Assembly: GCA_038235225.1 (NCBI GenBank)
Contig: JBBSUD010000002.1
Location: 16,270-80,269 of the forward strand
Reading direction: 5' to 3'
Length of the DNA: 64,000 nucleotides
DNA from: Verrucomicrobiales bacterium
Lineage (GTDB): Bacteria; Verrucomicrobiota; Verrucomicrobiia; Verrucomicrobiales; Akkermansiaceae
The position numbers and the translations under genes were made by a program. Of the stretch, positions 45,826 through 55,287 are shown in pieces (position 1 is the stretch's first letter; each line of letters opens with the position of its first letter). The notes below the pieces were generated by a model that was not told where the DNA came from, did not search any database, and saw nothing but the letters and a program-made list of their open reading frames with translations.

Positions 45826-48258
45826 TTACTCCGTGTGAATCAGCAGGCGCCCCGGCCGGGCTAACAGGATGCCCTCCTCTTTTTCTCCCAAGTCGAGGCT
45901 GTCCAACACGTTGGTGCGGTGGCGCACGAAGCCGGATTGCTCCGAGGTGGTCGCAAAACTGGGAAATTCCGTATGATACGGATCGTCGCCGATCAGCGTC
46001 GGCTCTTTCGGCCGGACCGGCACCGCATCGAGCGCGGGCAGGTCGAAAAGCCCGCCGCCAGGACCAGTCCCCTCCCCGTACGCGCCGGAGTGGATCGGAC
46101 AATAAGCCAGCGGCTGGGTGCCCTTGCGGAAATACTCGGCCACCGCGGTCGAGCGCGATTTCACCGTCCCCGAACTCACATCCTCAACGTGTTCTTGGCA
46201 GAACTGTGTCGCGAGCTGGCCGGATTTCGTGCATACCGTTTCCTTAACGACGTCTTCCGGCGGCGCGAGCTGGCCCTCGCCAAAGTAGGGCGTGGCGGCA
46301 TTCATCACGGCCTGCCAGACCGGCATCGCAATGTCCCGGCTGAATGCGCCGGGATAAATCGGGCCCCCATTTCCCGAGAGGAATCCGGTCCAGACCCCGC
46401 AGGTCACGCGCTTGTTATAGCCGATGAACCACGTGTCCGAGAAATCGCTGGTCGTGCCGCCTTTGCCAGCGCCGCTGAAATCATTTCCAGCCACCAGACC
46501 GTCCAGCGCGCCCTTCGAGCTGCCCCGGTAGAGCGAACCCGCCAACATGCTGTGGATCTGCCAGGCCGTCGCATCGTCCACGACGGTGTGGCGCGGCGCG
46601 CGCGTCCGTTCGCGCCGGTAGATCACCCGGCCGGCGGCATTTTCCACGCGGTCGAGGTAGTGCAGGGTTTCCGGCCCGGATTGGCCGCCGAGTGCGAACG
46701 TCTCCATGCCGCGAACCGCCTGCTTCATCGTAACTTCCTCAAATCCAACCGCCAGCCGCGGTAGCAGCTCCGCATTCCCCATCGGCAGCCCGAATGCCAC
46801 CGCGGTGTCCACCACCCGCTTCAGCCCGGTCTGCGTCGCCAGCCTCACCGTCGCTGCGATCTTGGATTGCTCCAATGCCTCCCGCATCGTGATTTTCCCC
46901 TCATAGGTCGGCGAGGTCACCTCCATGCCCCATTCGCCCAAAATTCCCTCACGCCCGCCGATCATCACCGCGCGGTTGTCCATAGGCTCGTCCTCCACCA
47001 GCGAAGCCGGCGTCATGCCGCCCACCAGCGCCGCAGTGTAAATATAGGGGAAAAACGCCGTCCCCAGCGACCGTCGCCCGGACTCGATGAAATCGTATTG
47101 CACCTGCGAATAGTCGCGCCCGCCGACGTGGGCCAGCACCTCGCCATTTTCGTGATCCACCATCAGCACGGCGCCCTGCAGGTATTCCGCGGGCTTCCCG
47201 CCGGCGCGGTTGAACTCCGCGTGCTTCGGGTGCGCGTAGTCCGGCCGCGCCTCCGCCGATGTCAGGGATTTCTCCAAGGCCTCCTCCGCCGCCGCCTGCG
47301 CTTCCGCCAGAATCGTCGTGTGAATCTTGAACGCGCCCGGCCCCCAGCCATCCTCCCCGAGCGCCTCGCCCACTTCCTCCGCCACCCGTTCATACAAGTG
47401 CGAGGTGCCGCGCCGCAGCGGATCCGGATGCAGCGAGAGCGGCAGCGCCCGCAGCCGCGCGACCTCGGACATTTTGAGAAATCCCTCCTCGCGCATCCGG
47501 TTTAGCACGTAGTTCCGGCCCGCCAGATTCGCTTCCGGATTGTTCAGCGGCGAGCGGCCGTTCGGGTTCTTGATCAGCGTCACCAGCGAGGCGCACTCAC
47601 CCGCCGTCAGCTCCATCGGCTCCTTGCCGAAGTAGCCCAGCGAGGCCGAACGGATGCCGTAAAACCCGCTGCCGAAGTAGATCCGGTTCAGGTAGAAATC
47701 CAGGATTTGCTGCTTCGTGTAGCGGTCCTCGATGCGCCACGCCAGGAACGCTTCCACGAGTTTGCGCTGGATCGTCGTTTCCTTCCGCTTCACCGCCTCC
47801 GACTTCAGGTTGTAGGCGTTTCGCGCGAGCTGCTGCGTGATTGTGCTCGCCCCCTGGCTGCTTCCGCGGAAGTTGAAAATCCCCGCCCGGATCACGCCCA
47901 CGTAGTCGATGCCGTGGTGGGTGAGGAACCGCGAATCCTCGCCCGCGCGCAACGCTTGGATGAAGACTTCCGGCACCTTCTTGATCGGGATCACGCTGCG
48001 GTTCTGGACGAAAATCCGGCCGATTTCCTTGCCGTTCCGGTCCAGGATGATACTCGGCTGCTCCAGATCGTTGATGCGCTCCAAATCGTATTCCGTCGTC
48101 GCACGCAGCCGGTATTCCCGCGTGTACCGCTCCAGAAATACGAAGCCGATCGCGCCGGCGAACAGGCCGACCAGAATCAGCCCGATCCAGAACCCTTTGC
48201 GCTTGAAGAACCAATTTCGGGAAGGCTTCTTCCGATTCGTTTTTTGAGTAGTCGCCAT
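45826..48258 (-). CDS. Class A penicillin-binding protein (transglycosylase plus transpeptidase-like)
   Basis: N-terminal TM; EDSRF..HHGID, GASTITQQLARN, RKLVEA, YLNRIYFG, and KGGTT...DTWFIGY. Confidence 0.92.
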   Translation of the reverse strand: MATTQKTNRKKPSRNWFFKRKGFWIGLILVGLFAGAIGFVFLERYTREYRLRATTEYDLERINDLEQPSIILDRNGKEIGRIFVQNRSVIPIKKVPEVFIQALRAGEDSRFLTHHGIDYVGVIRAGIFNFRGSSQGASTITQQLARNAYNLKSEAVKRKETTIQRKLVEAFLAWRIEDRYTKQQILDFYLNRIYFGSGFYGIRSASLGYFGKEPMELTAGECASLVTLIKNPNGRSPLNNPEANLAGRNYVLNRMREEGFLKMSEVARLRALPLSLHPDPLRRGTSHLYERVAEEVGEALGEDGWGPGAFKIHTTILAEAQAAAEEALEKSLTSAEARPDYAHPKHAEFNRAGGKPAEYLQGAVLMVDHENGEVLAHVGGRDYSQVQYDFIESGRRSLGTAFFPYIYTAALVGGMTPASLVEDEPMDNRAVMIGGREGILGEWGMEVTSPTYEGKITMREALEQSKIAATVRLATQTGLKRVVDTAVAFGLPMGNAELLPRLAVGFEEVTMKQAVRGMETFALGGQSGPETLHYLDRVENAAGRVIYRRERTRAPRHTVVDDATAWQIHSMLAGSLYRGSSKGALDGLVAGNDFSGAGKGGTTSDFSDTWFIGYNKRVTCGVWTGFLSGNGGPIYPGAFSRDIAMPVWQAVMNAATPYFGEGQLAPPEDVVKETVCTKSGQLATQFCQEHVEDVSSGTVKSRSTAVAEYFRKGTQPLAYCPIHSGAYGEGTGPGGGLFDLPALDAVPVRPKEPTLIGDDPYHTEFPSFATTSEQSGFVRHRTNVLDSLDLGEKEEGILLARPGRLLIHTE

Positions 48259-48281
48259 GCCAGATCCGGATTCGCCACCCA

Positions 48282-48335
48282 CTGACCGCGAGGCGACGCG
48301 GCAGCTAGGCTACCCCGCCGCCCTCCCGCCCGCAA
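48282..48335. promoter_or_regulatory. Putative bidirectional promoter with overlapping -10 hexamers
   Basis: Minus strand: TTGCGG (48335-30)-N17-TAGCCT (48312-07). Plus strand: CTGACC (48282-87)-N18-TAGGCT (48306-11). Confidence 0.4.
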
Positions 48336-48343
48336 CCCCTTCG

Positions 48344-49465
48344 TTGGCGGCCTCGATCCGGGAGGAAATCCGCCGCAACGGACCGCTGGCCTTCCCGGAT
48401 TTCATGGCCGCCGCCCTCTACGATCCCAGCCGCGGCTACTACGCCCGCGGCACCCGCCAAGTCGGCCGGGAAGGCGATTTCTACACCAGCGTAAGCGCCG
48501 GCCCGCTCTTTGGCGTCCTCCTCGCCCGCCGTTTTCTCCAAGAATGGACCACTCTCGGGAATCCCGGCAAATGGCGCATCCTCGAATGCGGCGCCCACGA
48601 TGGCACCCTTGCCCACGACATCCTTGGGGAAATCGCCCGGCAAAATTCCGCCGCCTTCGCCGCGCTGGAATACGCGATTCCCGAGCCGCTGCCCTCTCTC
48701 CGCGACGCCCAGCGCCGGACTCTCGCCGATTTCCCCGGGACATTCGTTTCGATCGCGAATCCCGCCGAACTCACCGCGCTTCCCGGCATCGTCTTCGGTA
48801 ACGAACTGCTCGATGCCCTCCCGTTCCATCTCATCGAGCGCCGTGACGGCCGCTGGCTGGAACGCCGCGTCGCCCTCGCTGCCAACGATTCCCTCGCCTG
48901 GACTCTGGCGGAAATCACCGACCCAGCCCTCCAGTCCAAGCTCCCCGGAAATCTTCCCGAAGGCTACCTCGCCGAAGTCCGCACCAATTTCCCCGCCTTC
49001 CTCGAACCCCTCGTCCGCACCCTCACCACCGGCCTCCTCCTCTGGGCCGATTACGGATTTGCCAGGCCCGAACTCTACGATCCCGCCCGCCGGGACGGCA
49101 CCCTGCGCACCTTTTCCCGCCACCGCGCCTCCGCCGACCCGCTCGATCGCCCGGGCGAAATCGACATTACCGCCCACGTCGATTTCACCGCCGCCGCCGA
49201 AGCCGCCATCGCGCTCGGCTGCGTCCCCACCGGATTCCGCGGCCAAGGCCCGTGGCTCACGGAAATCGCCCGCGACTGGTTGCTCGCCCAAGAGGGAAAT
49301 CCCGATCCCGCCCTCATCCGCAACTTCCAGACCCTCACCCACCCCGCCCACCTCGGCGGGAATTTTCACATCCTCGAGTTGTCTTGGAACCACCCCGCCG
49401 AACTTTCCGAAGACGTCCGCCACCGCCTCGCATTGCAGGCTTGCCCCCCGCCGCCGAACCTCTAG
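48344..49465 (+). CDS. SAM-dependent methyltransferase, MidA/NDUFAF7 family (alternative start 48257)
   Basis: FPDFMAAALYDP..GYY, GDFYTSV, LECGAHDGTLA, GNELLDALP, DYG, and DITAHVDF. Confidence 0.9.
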   Translation: MAASIREEIRRNGPLAFPDFMAAALYDPSRGYYARGTRQVGREGDFYTSVSAGPLFGVLLARRFLQEWTTLGNPGKWRILECGAHDGTLAHDILGEIARQNSAAFAALEYAIPEPLPSLRDAQRRTLADFPGTFVSIANPAELTALPGIVFGNELLDALPFHLIERRDGRWLERRVALAANDSLAWTLAEITDPALQSKLPGNLPEGYLAEVRTNFPAFLEPLVRTLTTGLLLWADYGFARPELYDPARRDGTLRTFSRHRASADPLDRPGEIDITAHVDFTAAAEAAIALGCVPTGFRGQGPWLTEIARDWLLAQEGNPDPALIRNFQTLTHPAHLGGNFHILELSWNHPAELSEDVRHRLALQACPPPPNL

Positions 49466-49479
49466 ACTCGCTCCCGAAA

Positions 49480-49561
49480 GCCGGGATGGCGGAATTGGTA
49501 GACGCGCTTGATTTAGGATCAAGTGGATTCATCTGTGCAGGTTCGAGTCCTGTTCCCGGTA
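49480..49561 (+). tRNA. tRNA-Leu(TAG), CCA not encoded
   Basis: GCCGGGA/TCCCGGT acceptor stem, GGCGGAATTGGTAGACGCG, anticodon arm CTTGA-TTTAGGA-TCAAG, variable arm and GGTTCGAGTCC. Confidence 0.95.
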
Positions 49562-49631
49562 CTTTCTTAACTCCGTTCGACCGGCGCGGTGCTGCATTCG
49601 CTTCGACCGGAGCACCACTTCCCATTGCCGT

Positions 49632-50561
49632 TCAGCCGGCCCTCAGTCCGCCTGGAAGCGTGCGGGTGGCGTCACGATAGGCGGACGGGCGCATGCCCAC
49701 CAATTTCATGAAGATGTTGGAAAAGGTGGAGCGATACTCATAACCGATCTCTTCACAAATGGTATCAATCTTGAGGTCGGTCGAGCGGAGCAGTTCCTCC
49801 GCGCGCCTCATCCGCAGCAGCGAAAGATGCATCATCGGGCTGCGGCCGAAAGTTTTGAGACATAGCCTGCGGAAATGCTCCGCGCACATCATCGCGGTTA
49901 CCGCCATTTCCTCCACACTCCAGTCCCGGCGCAAATCCGCGGAGATCTTGCGCCAGGCCGTTAGGATCCGCTCGTCCGCCTGCCGGGGCTGGGCGAAAAT
50001 CCGGACATATCCATGAATCAGCTCGACCCAATGAAGGAGCAGCGCGGGGTTGGCGTCCGTAATCGCCTCGGCATGCAAACCGCGGATCGCCTGGAGCAGC
50101 GGCGCCCCATCGAAGCTGACGGGATGCCCGGATAAATCCGGAAATCCGGAACGGTCTGCATAGCAAATATAAATCCCGGCCCAGCCATGCTCCGATGGTG
50201 TGCGAATGTGGACCGGAGAAGCGAGCAGACAGGCGCTGCGGGGCTCGAAGCGTTTCCATCCGTCCGCCATGCGGAGACGCGTCCGGCGGTTGAAGCACAA
50301 CATCATCGCCTGCCCGGATTTCCCGATCGTAACCCCATCGACCGCGGAATTCCCGGCGATGATTCCCACATGAACGATACCTTTCGAAGCGAGCTCGCCG
50401 ACTACGGTTACCTCGGTTGTATCATCTCCCGCTGCCGACGGAGAAACCGCCAGTACCAAATCGTCCGAGGCGGGCGGCCGATCGATATCTCCCGGGAAAC
50501 AATCATCCGGCTCTGCAAGCATCACGGTGTCGTGAGCATGGGAATTTGAATCGTAAAACAT
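49632..50561 (-). CDS. AraC-family transcriptional regulator
   Basis: WSVEEMA..AMMCAEHFRRLC..FGRSP...LRMRRAEELL..TDLKID.I..IGYE..STFS..F.K.VGMRPSAYR. Confidence 0.9.
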   Translation of the reverse strand: MFYDSNSHAHDTVMLAEPDDCFPGDIDRPPASDDLVLAVSPSAAGDDTTEVTVVGELASKGIVHVGIIAGNSAVDGVTIGKSGQAMMLCFNRRTRLRMADGWKRFEPRSACLLASPVHIRTPSEHGWAGIYICYADRSGFPDLSGHPVSFDGAPLLQAIRGLHAEAITDANPALLLHWVELIHGYVRIFAQPRQADERILTAWRKISADLRRDWSVEEMAVTAMMCAEHFRRLCLKTFGRSPMMHLSLLRMRRAEELLRSTDLKIDTICEEIGYEYRSTFSNIFMKLVGMRPSAYRDATRTLPGGLRAG

Positions 50562-50572
50562 GGTGGTCGGTG

Positions 50573-52522
50573 TTATGGGTTTGGCGGGATCGAACGCTCC
50601 CATTCCTTGAGGGCGTTCTGGTATTCTTGAATTGCGCTGGGGGGCAGGATGTTGCTGCTGCGGGAAATCTCATCTCTCACCCGTTGTGCTAGAAATTCGG
50701 CTTGTTCGGGTCGTGGCTGGAGGGGCTTGCTCGCATCGTCGAACCAAACCGGCGCTGTGTGAGCGAACCGGAAGCGGCCGTCTTCCCGGGGTTCCCAGAC
50801 GCGCAGAGCGATCCACGTGGTGCCATCGAGGGGAATTTCACGATCAATCGTCGCCTCCTGTGAATTCACATCGATTGTCTCGTAAATCGCACCATTCACG
50901 ATAATCTCGATCTTGCCGAGAGAACGTTCTCCCTTCGCCCACGCATGCAGATAGGCATTGTGGCCATCACGCCGGATTTCCGAAATACACATCGGTCCGG
51001 TCGTGACAAAACTCCTCCCGCTCTTCAGCCCTGCCAGCCAGTTTTCATAAGTGAAACCATCCGGGCAGTGAACATAAACACGACTGTAGCCCAAGGGCAC
51101 GGGATGCACGCCGCTTGCGGTGCCAGCGGACGGACGCAAACGCTGGCCGCAATTGAGCAATGCCCAGTAGGTTTGATGGGTGTATTCAATCCAATCCCGT
51201 TCATTGCCCTGCCTCGTGGCGCCCGGCAGCATCCATTCCGGAGCCGGGGTGCTCCATTGGGTGAGGGCGAAAGGAACCCGCCACACATGATTGTTGGAAA
51301 GCTCGAACAAGTTCACATTCATCACCGGCGGCAGCGCCATCGCCCAGGGCCAATCCGGCTTGTCCATGTCCAGCAGGGCACCCTGCCTCCGTGCTTCCTC
51401 CGCGACGGGCTCTAACGGAGGTGCGTTCAGCTTGAATGGCGTTTTGTGCCCGAGAGCAAAGACCGCGCCGAACGTGTGCGTGGGACCGCCGATCCCGAAA
51501 ATTTCCCACTCGGTATTGCATGGCCAGATCACATGATTCGTATCGACGGAAATCAGCGTGGCCGCTCGGTCCGGGTTCGCCCCCTTGTCATAATGAAAGG
51601 GAACCTCGGTCCCATCGAGACACCAATAAGTTAGCGGGAATGCAACATTGAGGTCTTCCGCCAGCATGACATTCGGCAGCTCGGCGAGCTTCCGGTGAAC
51701 GTGGGTTTCGCCGCTGAACCAGCCTTCCGAGGCCATATTCACCCAACGCTTTAGTGGCAGTTCGAGATCGAGCGGCTCGCCCGTCACCGTGATTTCGCGA
51801 ACGAGCGGAATCCACTCCTTGCCGCGCTCGACAGTGATTATATAGCGGCCCGGCGGGAGATCGGCCTGCCATGGGTGGGAATCCAATGTCGCATGGTTTT
51901 CCACGCTGAGAGGGTTTTTCAAATTCCGTTTCTCGTAGCGGACCGCCGACCCGCCCTCGCTGGTTGGGAAAAACCAGTCACCGTCCGCGTTACGGATTTC
52001 CATGCGGGCTGGCATCGGCGATTTGGTTTCCGCGTCTAGGATCCGGCCGCGAATGCGCGTCAGCTCTTGGCCGGCCGCAATTTTGAAATTGAGCAGAACG
52101 TCGCTGCGGAACCCGAGATCCTGAGTGCCTTGGCCAGCGTTCACATTAAGAACGGCGGAACGGATGCCGCGCTCTCCGGTCATTAGGCGCAGCTTCCGGG
52201 TCTCGTGGGATTTGCCTGTCAACAGCCCGGGCGGCAGCATTTCGAGGTGTAACCAACGTTCGCGCGATTGGTCTGCGGTAGCCGCTGAAATGACATTCGC
52301 GCTTTCAATCCGCAGTGCGGAAGTGATACCCGCGGAGTTATCGATCACGATTTCAAAGTCGCGCCACTCGCCTTGCACCAGTTCCTGCGTTGCGCCGCCT
52401 TCCGCTGCTTTCACCCGCGATTCGGGCGAAATGGTTACCACGACCAACGGCGCCGCGCCCGCGTGCCCGAAAACCATGGCGGCCAGCAGCGGGAACAAAA
52501 ACCGTGGAAATATCGAGGACAT
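50573..52522 (-). CDS. CehA/McbA-family (PHP-like) metallohydrolase, secreted
   Basis: Signal peptide; GWFSGETHVHR, FELSNNH, SAGTASGVHPVPLGYSRVYV, SFVTTGP and AHTAPVW. Confidence 0.8.
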   Translation of the reverse strand: MSSIFPRFLFPLLAAMVFGHAGAAPLVVVTISPESRVKAAEGGATQELVQGEWRDFEIVIDNSAGITSALRIESANVISAATADQSRERWLHLEMLPPGLLTGKSHETRKLRLMTGERGIRSAVLNVNAGQGTQDLGFRSDVLLNFKIAAGQELTRIRGRILDAETKSPMPARMEIRNADGDWFFPTSEGGSAVRYEKRNLKNPLSVENHATLDSHPWQADLPPGRYIITVERGKEWIPLVREITVTGEPLDLELPLKRWVNMASEGWFSGETHVHRKLAELPNVMLAEDLNVAFPLTYWCLDGTEVPFHYDKGANPDRAATLISVDTNHVIWPCNTEWEIFGIGGPTHTFGAVFALGHKTPFKLNAPPLEPVAEEARRQGALLDMDKPDWPWAMALPPVMNVNLFELSNNHVWRVPFALTQWSTPAPEWMLPGATRQGNERDWIEYTHQTYWALLNCGQRLRPSAGTASGVHPVPLGYSRVYVHCPDGFTYENWLAGLKSGRSFVTTGPMCISEIRRDGHNAYLHAWAKGERSLGKIEIIVNGAIYETIDVNSQEATIDREIPLDGTTWIALRVWEPREDGRFRFAHTAPVWFDDASKPLQPRPEQAEFLAQRVRDEISRSSNILPPSAIQEYQNALKEWERSIPPNP

Positions 52523-52675
52523 GACGGGCAGGAAATCGAGCGGCGGCAGATGCCCGGTTTGGCGGGGCAATCTGACGTTCTCGACTTCCTCATGCTGCGG
52601 CGGACGCGAAAAATCGTCCAGACGTCCAATGGGATGGGTTTTCGCCCATCGCCGCCGCGCGGATCCGGGGCGTTT

Positions 52676-55279
52676 TCAGTCACCTGCCGCTTCCGCCATG
52701 ATATGCCGGTAGGTCGTCCGGGCGTGATCGTAGGCCGCCTTCGCATCCGCCATCTCGGCCGGAGCGTAGCTGGGACTCTTCTGCTTCCAGCATTGTTCCA
52801 CGGCGGCGAGGCACCATGCGGCGCTTTGCTTGCTGGCACGGATGGGTTTGCCATCCACAATGACCTTGATCGGGTTCGTGTGGGCGCTGGGAAATTGCCG
52901 GATCGCCACCCAACTGCTGCGGTTGATCTCTGGCTTGGGGAAAACCACTCGGGTCAACGTCCCATCGGACGGCACCATCCGACTGGCGACTGGCAGACCG
53001 TTCACAATCAACTCAACTTCTTGCGTTGCCACGCTGGGATTCCTCAATGCCGCGTTGACCGCGAACGATCCATCCGGCAGTTGTTCGAAATCCATCAGAT
53101 GGCCGGTGCCGTCACTCACATAACTTCTCCCCGCGCGCAGGGCCTCCACCCAATCGTCATAGTTTAACTTCTCCGGCAGTTTCACATAAACGCGGCCGAT
53201 GCCGACACGTTCGCCGCTCATGCAGGGAAAATCCGTTTCGCCGCTGGCGACGATGTCCATTCCGCAGTTCAGCGTGTGATACCAAAGGTTCAACTCCTGC
53301 TTGCGCGGCGTATTCATGGTGGCGTAAAAATCGATGGCATTCACTTCCTCGCCATTCTCGCCGGGAACCTTGTGGGTGACATCGACGATGTATCCCATCG
53401 CTCCAATACCGTCAAAGGCCGGAATGTCATAATTTGGCAGGCCGTTGGGTCCATCCGTCCCCGACGTGCGACCGACGCTGGTCATGAGTCCGCCGGCGCT
53501 GTGGGCAGTGCCAGTGACCGCACCTTGGCTCTTCGCCCAACGCAAGGTGTTTAAGCCAAGAGTGGGCCAATGCGTGTCCGATTCCCCGCCGGGAGGGATT
53601 TGTTTCTTCAATTTGAGAAGGTTGAGGTGCCCGGAAAATTGGGAACCGAAACCACTAACCTCGACATCGTAGCGGAGAAGATAGGGGTAACGGCTCACGT
53701 CGTCCGGTTTACCGGAAAAGAACTGCTTCTGGAAATCAAAGCACGGTCCCCAAGTGAGGCAGCAGCCGACCTTTACGTCCTCGCCCATGATATGGCGCAG
53801 CATGTCTTGAGGCATCACACCTTGGGTCGGGTTATCATAATGGAGGCAGCCCGCCGCGTGGATGTGATGGTCGCCACTCCAGTAGCCGAGCTTCTGGGTA
53901 TCGATCCAACGTTTCACCTGATAGCTAAACACAACTGGCTCATGCCCCACAACAAGGGTCTTCGTTTCAGGAATGCTTTCCGGCCCGTGGGAGCATTTCA
54001 CCGAATACGTCCCCGGCGAGAGGTCGAGGACCTCACCGGATTCGCGATAGATCTGGCTTTGAAAAAAGAAATCCGGGGTAAGCCGCTTTGACTGTGCCGG
54101 ATAGACCCGCCCCTTCTCGTCTCGGATTTCAAATGCAGCCATGCAAGACGAACCGTCCGCATCCTTCACATCGAAGGTCACCGGGGTGCTAGGAAGAATT
54201 TTGAAAGTCAGCGACACCGGCGACCAATCCGCGCTTTCGCCTTTCGCATATTCCAAATCCATCCAGTCGATCCGAATGTTTCCCGGTGCCATTCCCGGAT
54301 CGAGTCGAAGACCGGCGATTTCGCCGTCGCTCTCGAACTCGACTTCGTAAAGTTGCGCCGCGCCCGATTGCATCTGGAAAGCTACCTGGCGCACCGCGTC
54401 CGGAGCTGGCTGGTCCGGCGACATCCAATACAACTGGCCCATGCCGCCGGCGTCGGATTGGGCGAAAAACCGCAGAACCATCCGTCCGCCGCGGGCCGAT
54501 ACCGGAGCGGAGAAAAAGGGATCCTCGCCGGTGGAGGTGAAGTGCAGTGAACTGTCCTTCGCCTCGACAGTCCCGCAATTCGGCTTTTCCCAACCGCCAG
54601 TGTCTTTTGCAAATCGCCATTCGCGGATGATGCCCGACGTCGCTCCAGGAAGCCCGCCGATGTTGAACTCGATTTCACCCTTCTTCTCACCCTCGCCGAT
54701 CGCTGAAAGCTGGATCACCCGATATTCTAACTCCAACCCGCTAAGTTCCCCTGCCATCGGCCTGCCGTCGAAAACAGATAGATCCATCCACCGCCCAGGG
54801 ACTTCGTCCAGTGGGGCGCGCGGGAGCGGGCGGGCGGCGGGACTGCCAATTCGCAGCCGCGAAGCGACACCCGCTTTGTTGATTACCTTTACCAGAACCG
54901 TGCGCCATCCGTTTTCCTCCAGTTCGATGCCGTTGAGGGCTGGAGTTGCTATGCACTTGCCGTCCGCACCGATCTCGAATGCCGCGATGCATTGTGGGTC
55001 CAGCAGTTCCTGCACCTGGCGCGTGATCGTGGCATCTTCCTTGAGTTCGCCCAATTTCCCGAGAGCGGCCACAGTCTCCGGGGACAGCGGCGTGCCGATG
55101 CTTGCGAGTGCTTCCGCCAGTCGCTGGCATTGCAGCAACAAAGGTTGCGCATCCACCCGCTCCACCATGGGAATTTCGAGCGGATGAACCCCGGTGCCAT
55201 CGTGTGAATGGCCGGGATGCGCTGCTACAGAACTCGCCCACAGCACGCCGGCGAGTGCTAGCAAAAGAATTGTCTTCAT
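52676..55279 (-). CDS. CehA/McbA-family (PHP-like) metallohydrolase, secreted
   Basis: Signal plus AHPGHSH; YWSGDHHIHAAGC, EVSGFGS..SGHL, LWYHTLNCG..ASGETDFPC, GRVYV, GRSYVSDG and SAHTNP. Confidence 0.82.
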   Translation of the reverse strand: MKTILLLALAGVLWASSVAAHPGHSHDGTGVHPLEIPMVERVDAQPLLLQCQRLAEALASIGTPLSPETVAALGKLGELKEDATITRQVQELLDPQCIAAFEIGADGKCIATPALNGIELEENGWRTVLVKVINKAGVASRLRIGSPAARPLPRAPLDEVPGRWMDLSVFDGRPMAGELSGLELEYRVIQLSAIGEGEKKGEIEFNIGGLPGATSGIIREWRFAKDTGGWEKPNCGTVEAKDSSLHFTSTGEDPFFSAPVSARGGRMVLRFFAQSDAGGMGQLYWMSPDQPAPDAVRQVAFQMQSGAAQLYEVEFESDGEIAGLRLDPGMAPGNIRIDWMDLEYAKGESADWSPVSLTFKILPSTPVTFDVKDADGSSCMAAFEIRDEKGRVYPAQSKRLTPDFFFQSQIYRESGEVLDLSPGTYSVKCSHGPESIPETKTLVVGHEPVVFSYQVKRWIDTQKLGYWSGDHHIHAAGCLHYDNPTQGVMPQDMLRHIMGEDVKVGCCLTWGPCFDFQKQFFSGKPDDVSRYPYLLRYDVEVSGFGSQFSGHLNLLKLKKQIPPGGESDTHWPTLGLNTLRWAKSQGAVTGTAHSAGGLMTSVGRTSGTDGPNGLPNYDIPAFDGIGAMGYIVDVTHKVPGENGEEVNAIDFYATMNTPRKQELNLWYHTLNCGMDIVASGETDFPCMSGERVGIGRVYVKLPEKLNYDDWVEALRAGRSYVSDGTGHLMDFEQLPDGSFAVNAALRNPSVATQEVELIVNGLPVASRMVPSDGTLTRVVFPKPEINRSSWVAIRQFPSAHTNPIKVIVDGKPIRASKQSAAWCLAAVEQCWKQKSPSYAPAEMADAKAAYDHARTTYRHIMAEAAGD

Positions 55280-55287
55280 GAAGAGCT

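Noticed and set aside
48256-48259. Head-to-head genes sharing overlapping ATGs (CATG)
   Set aside because: MidA homology begins about 30 codons later at an in-frame TTG (48344), and promoter-like hexamers lie in between. This is probably a longest-ORF artefact.
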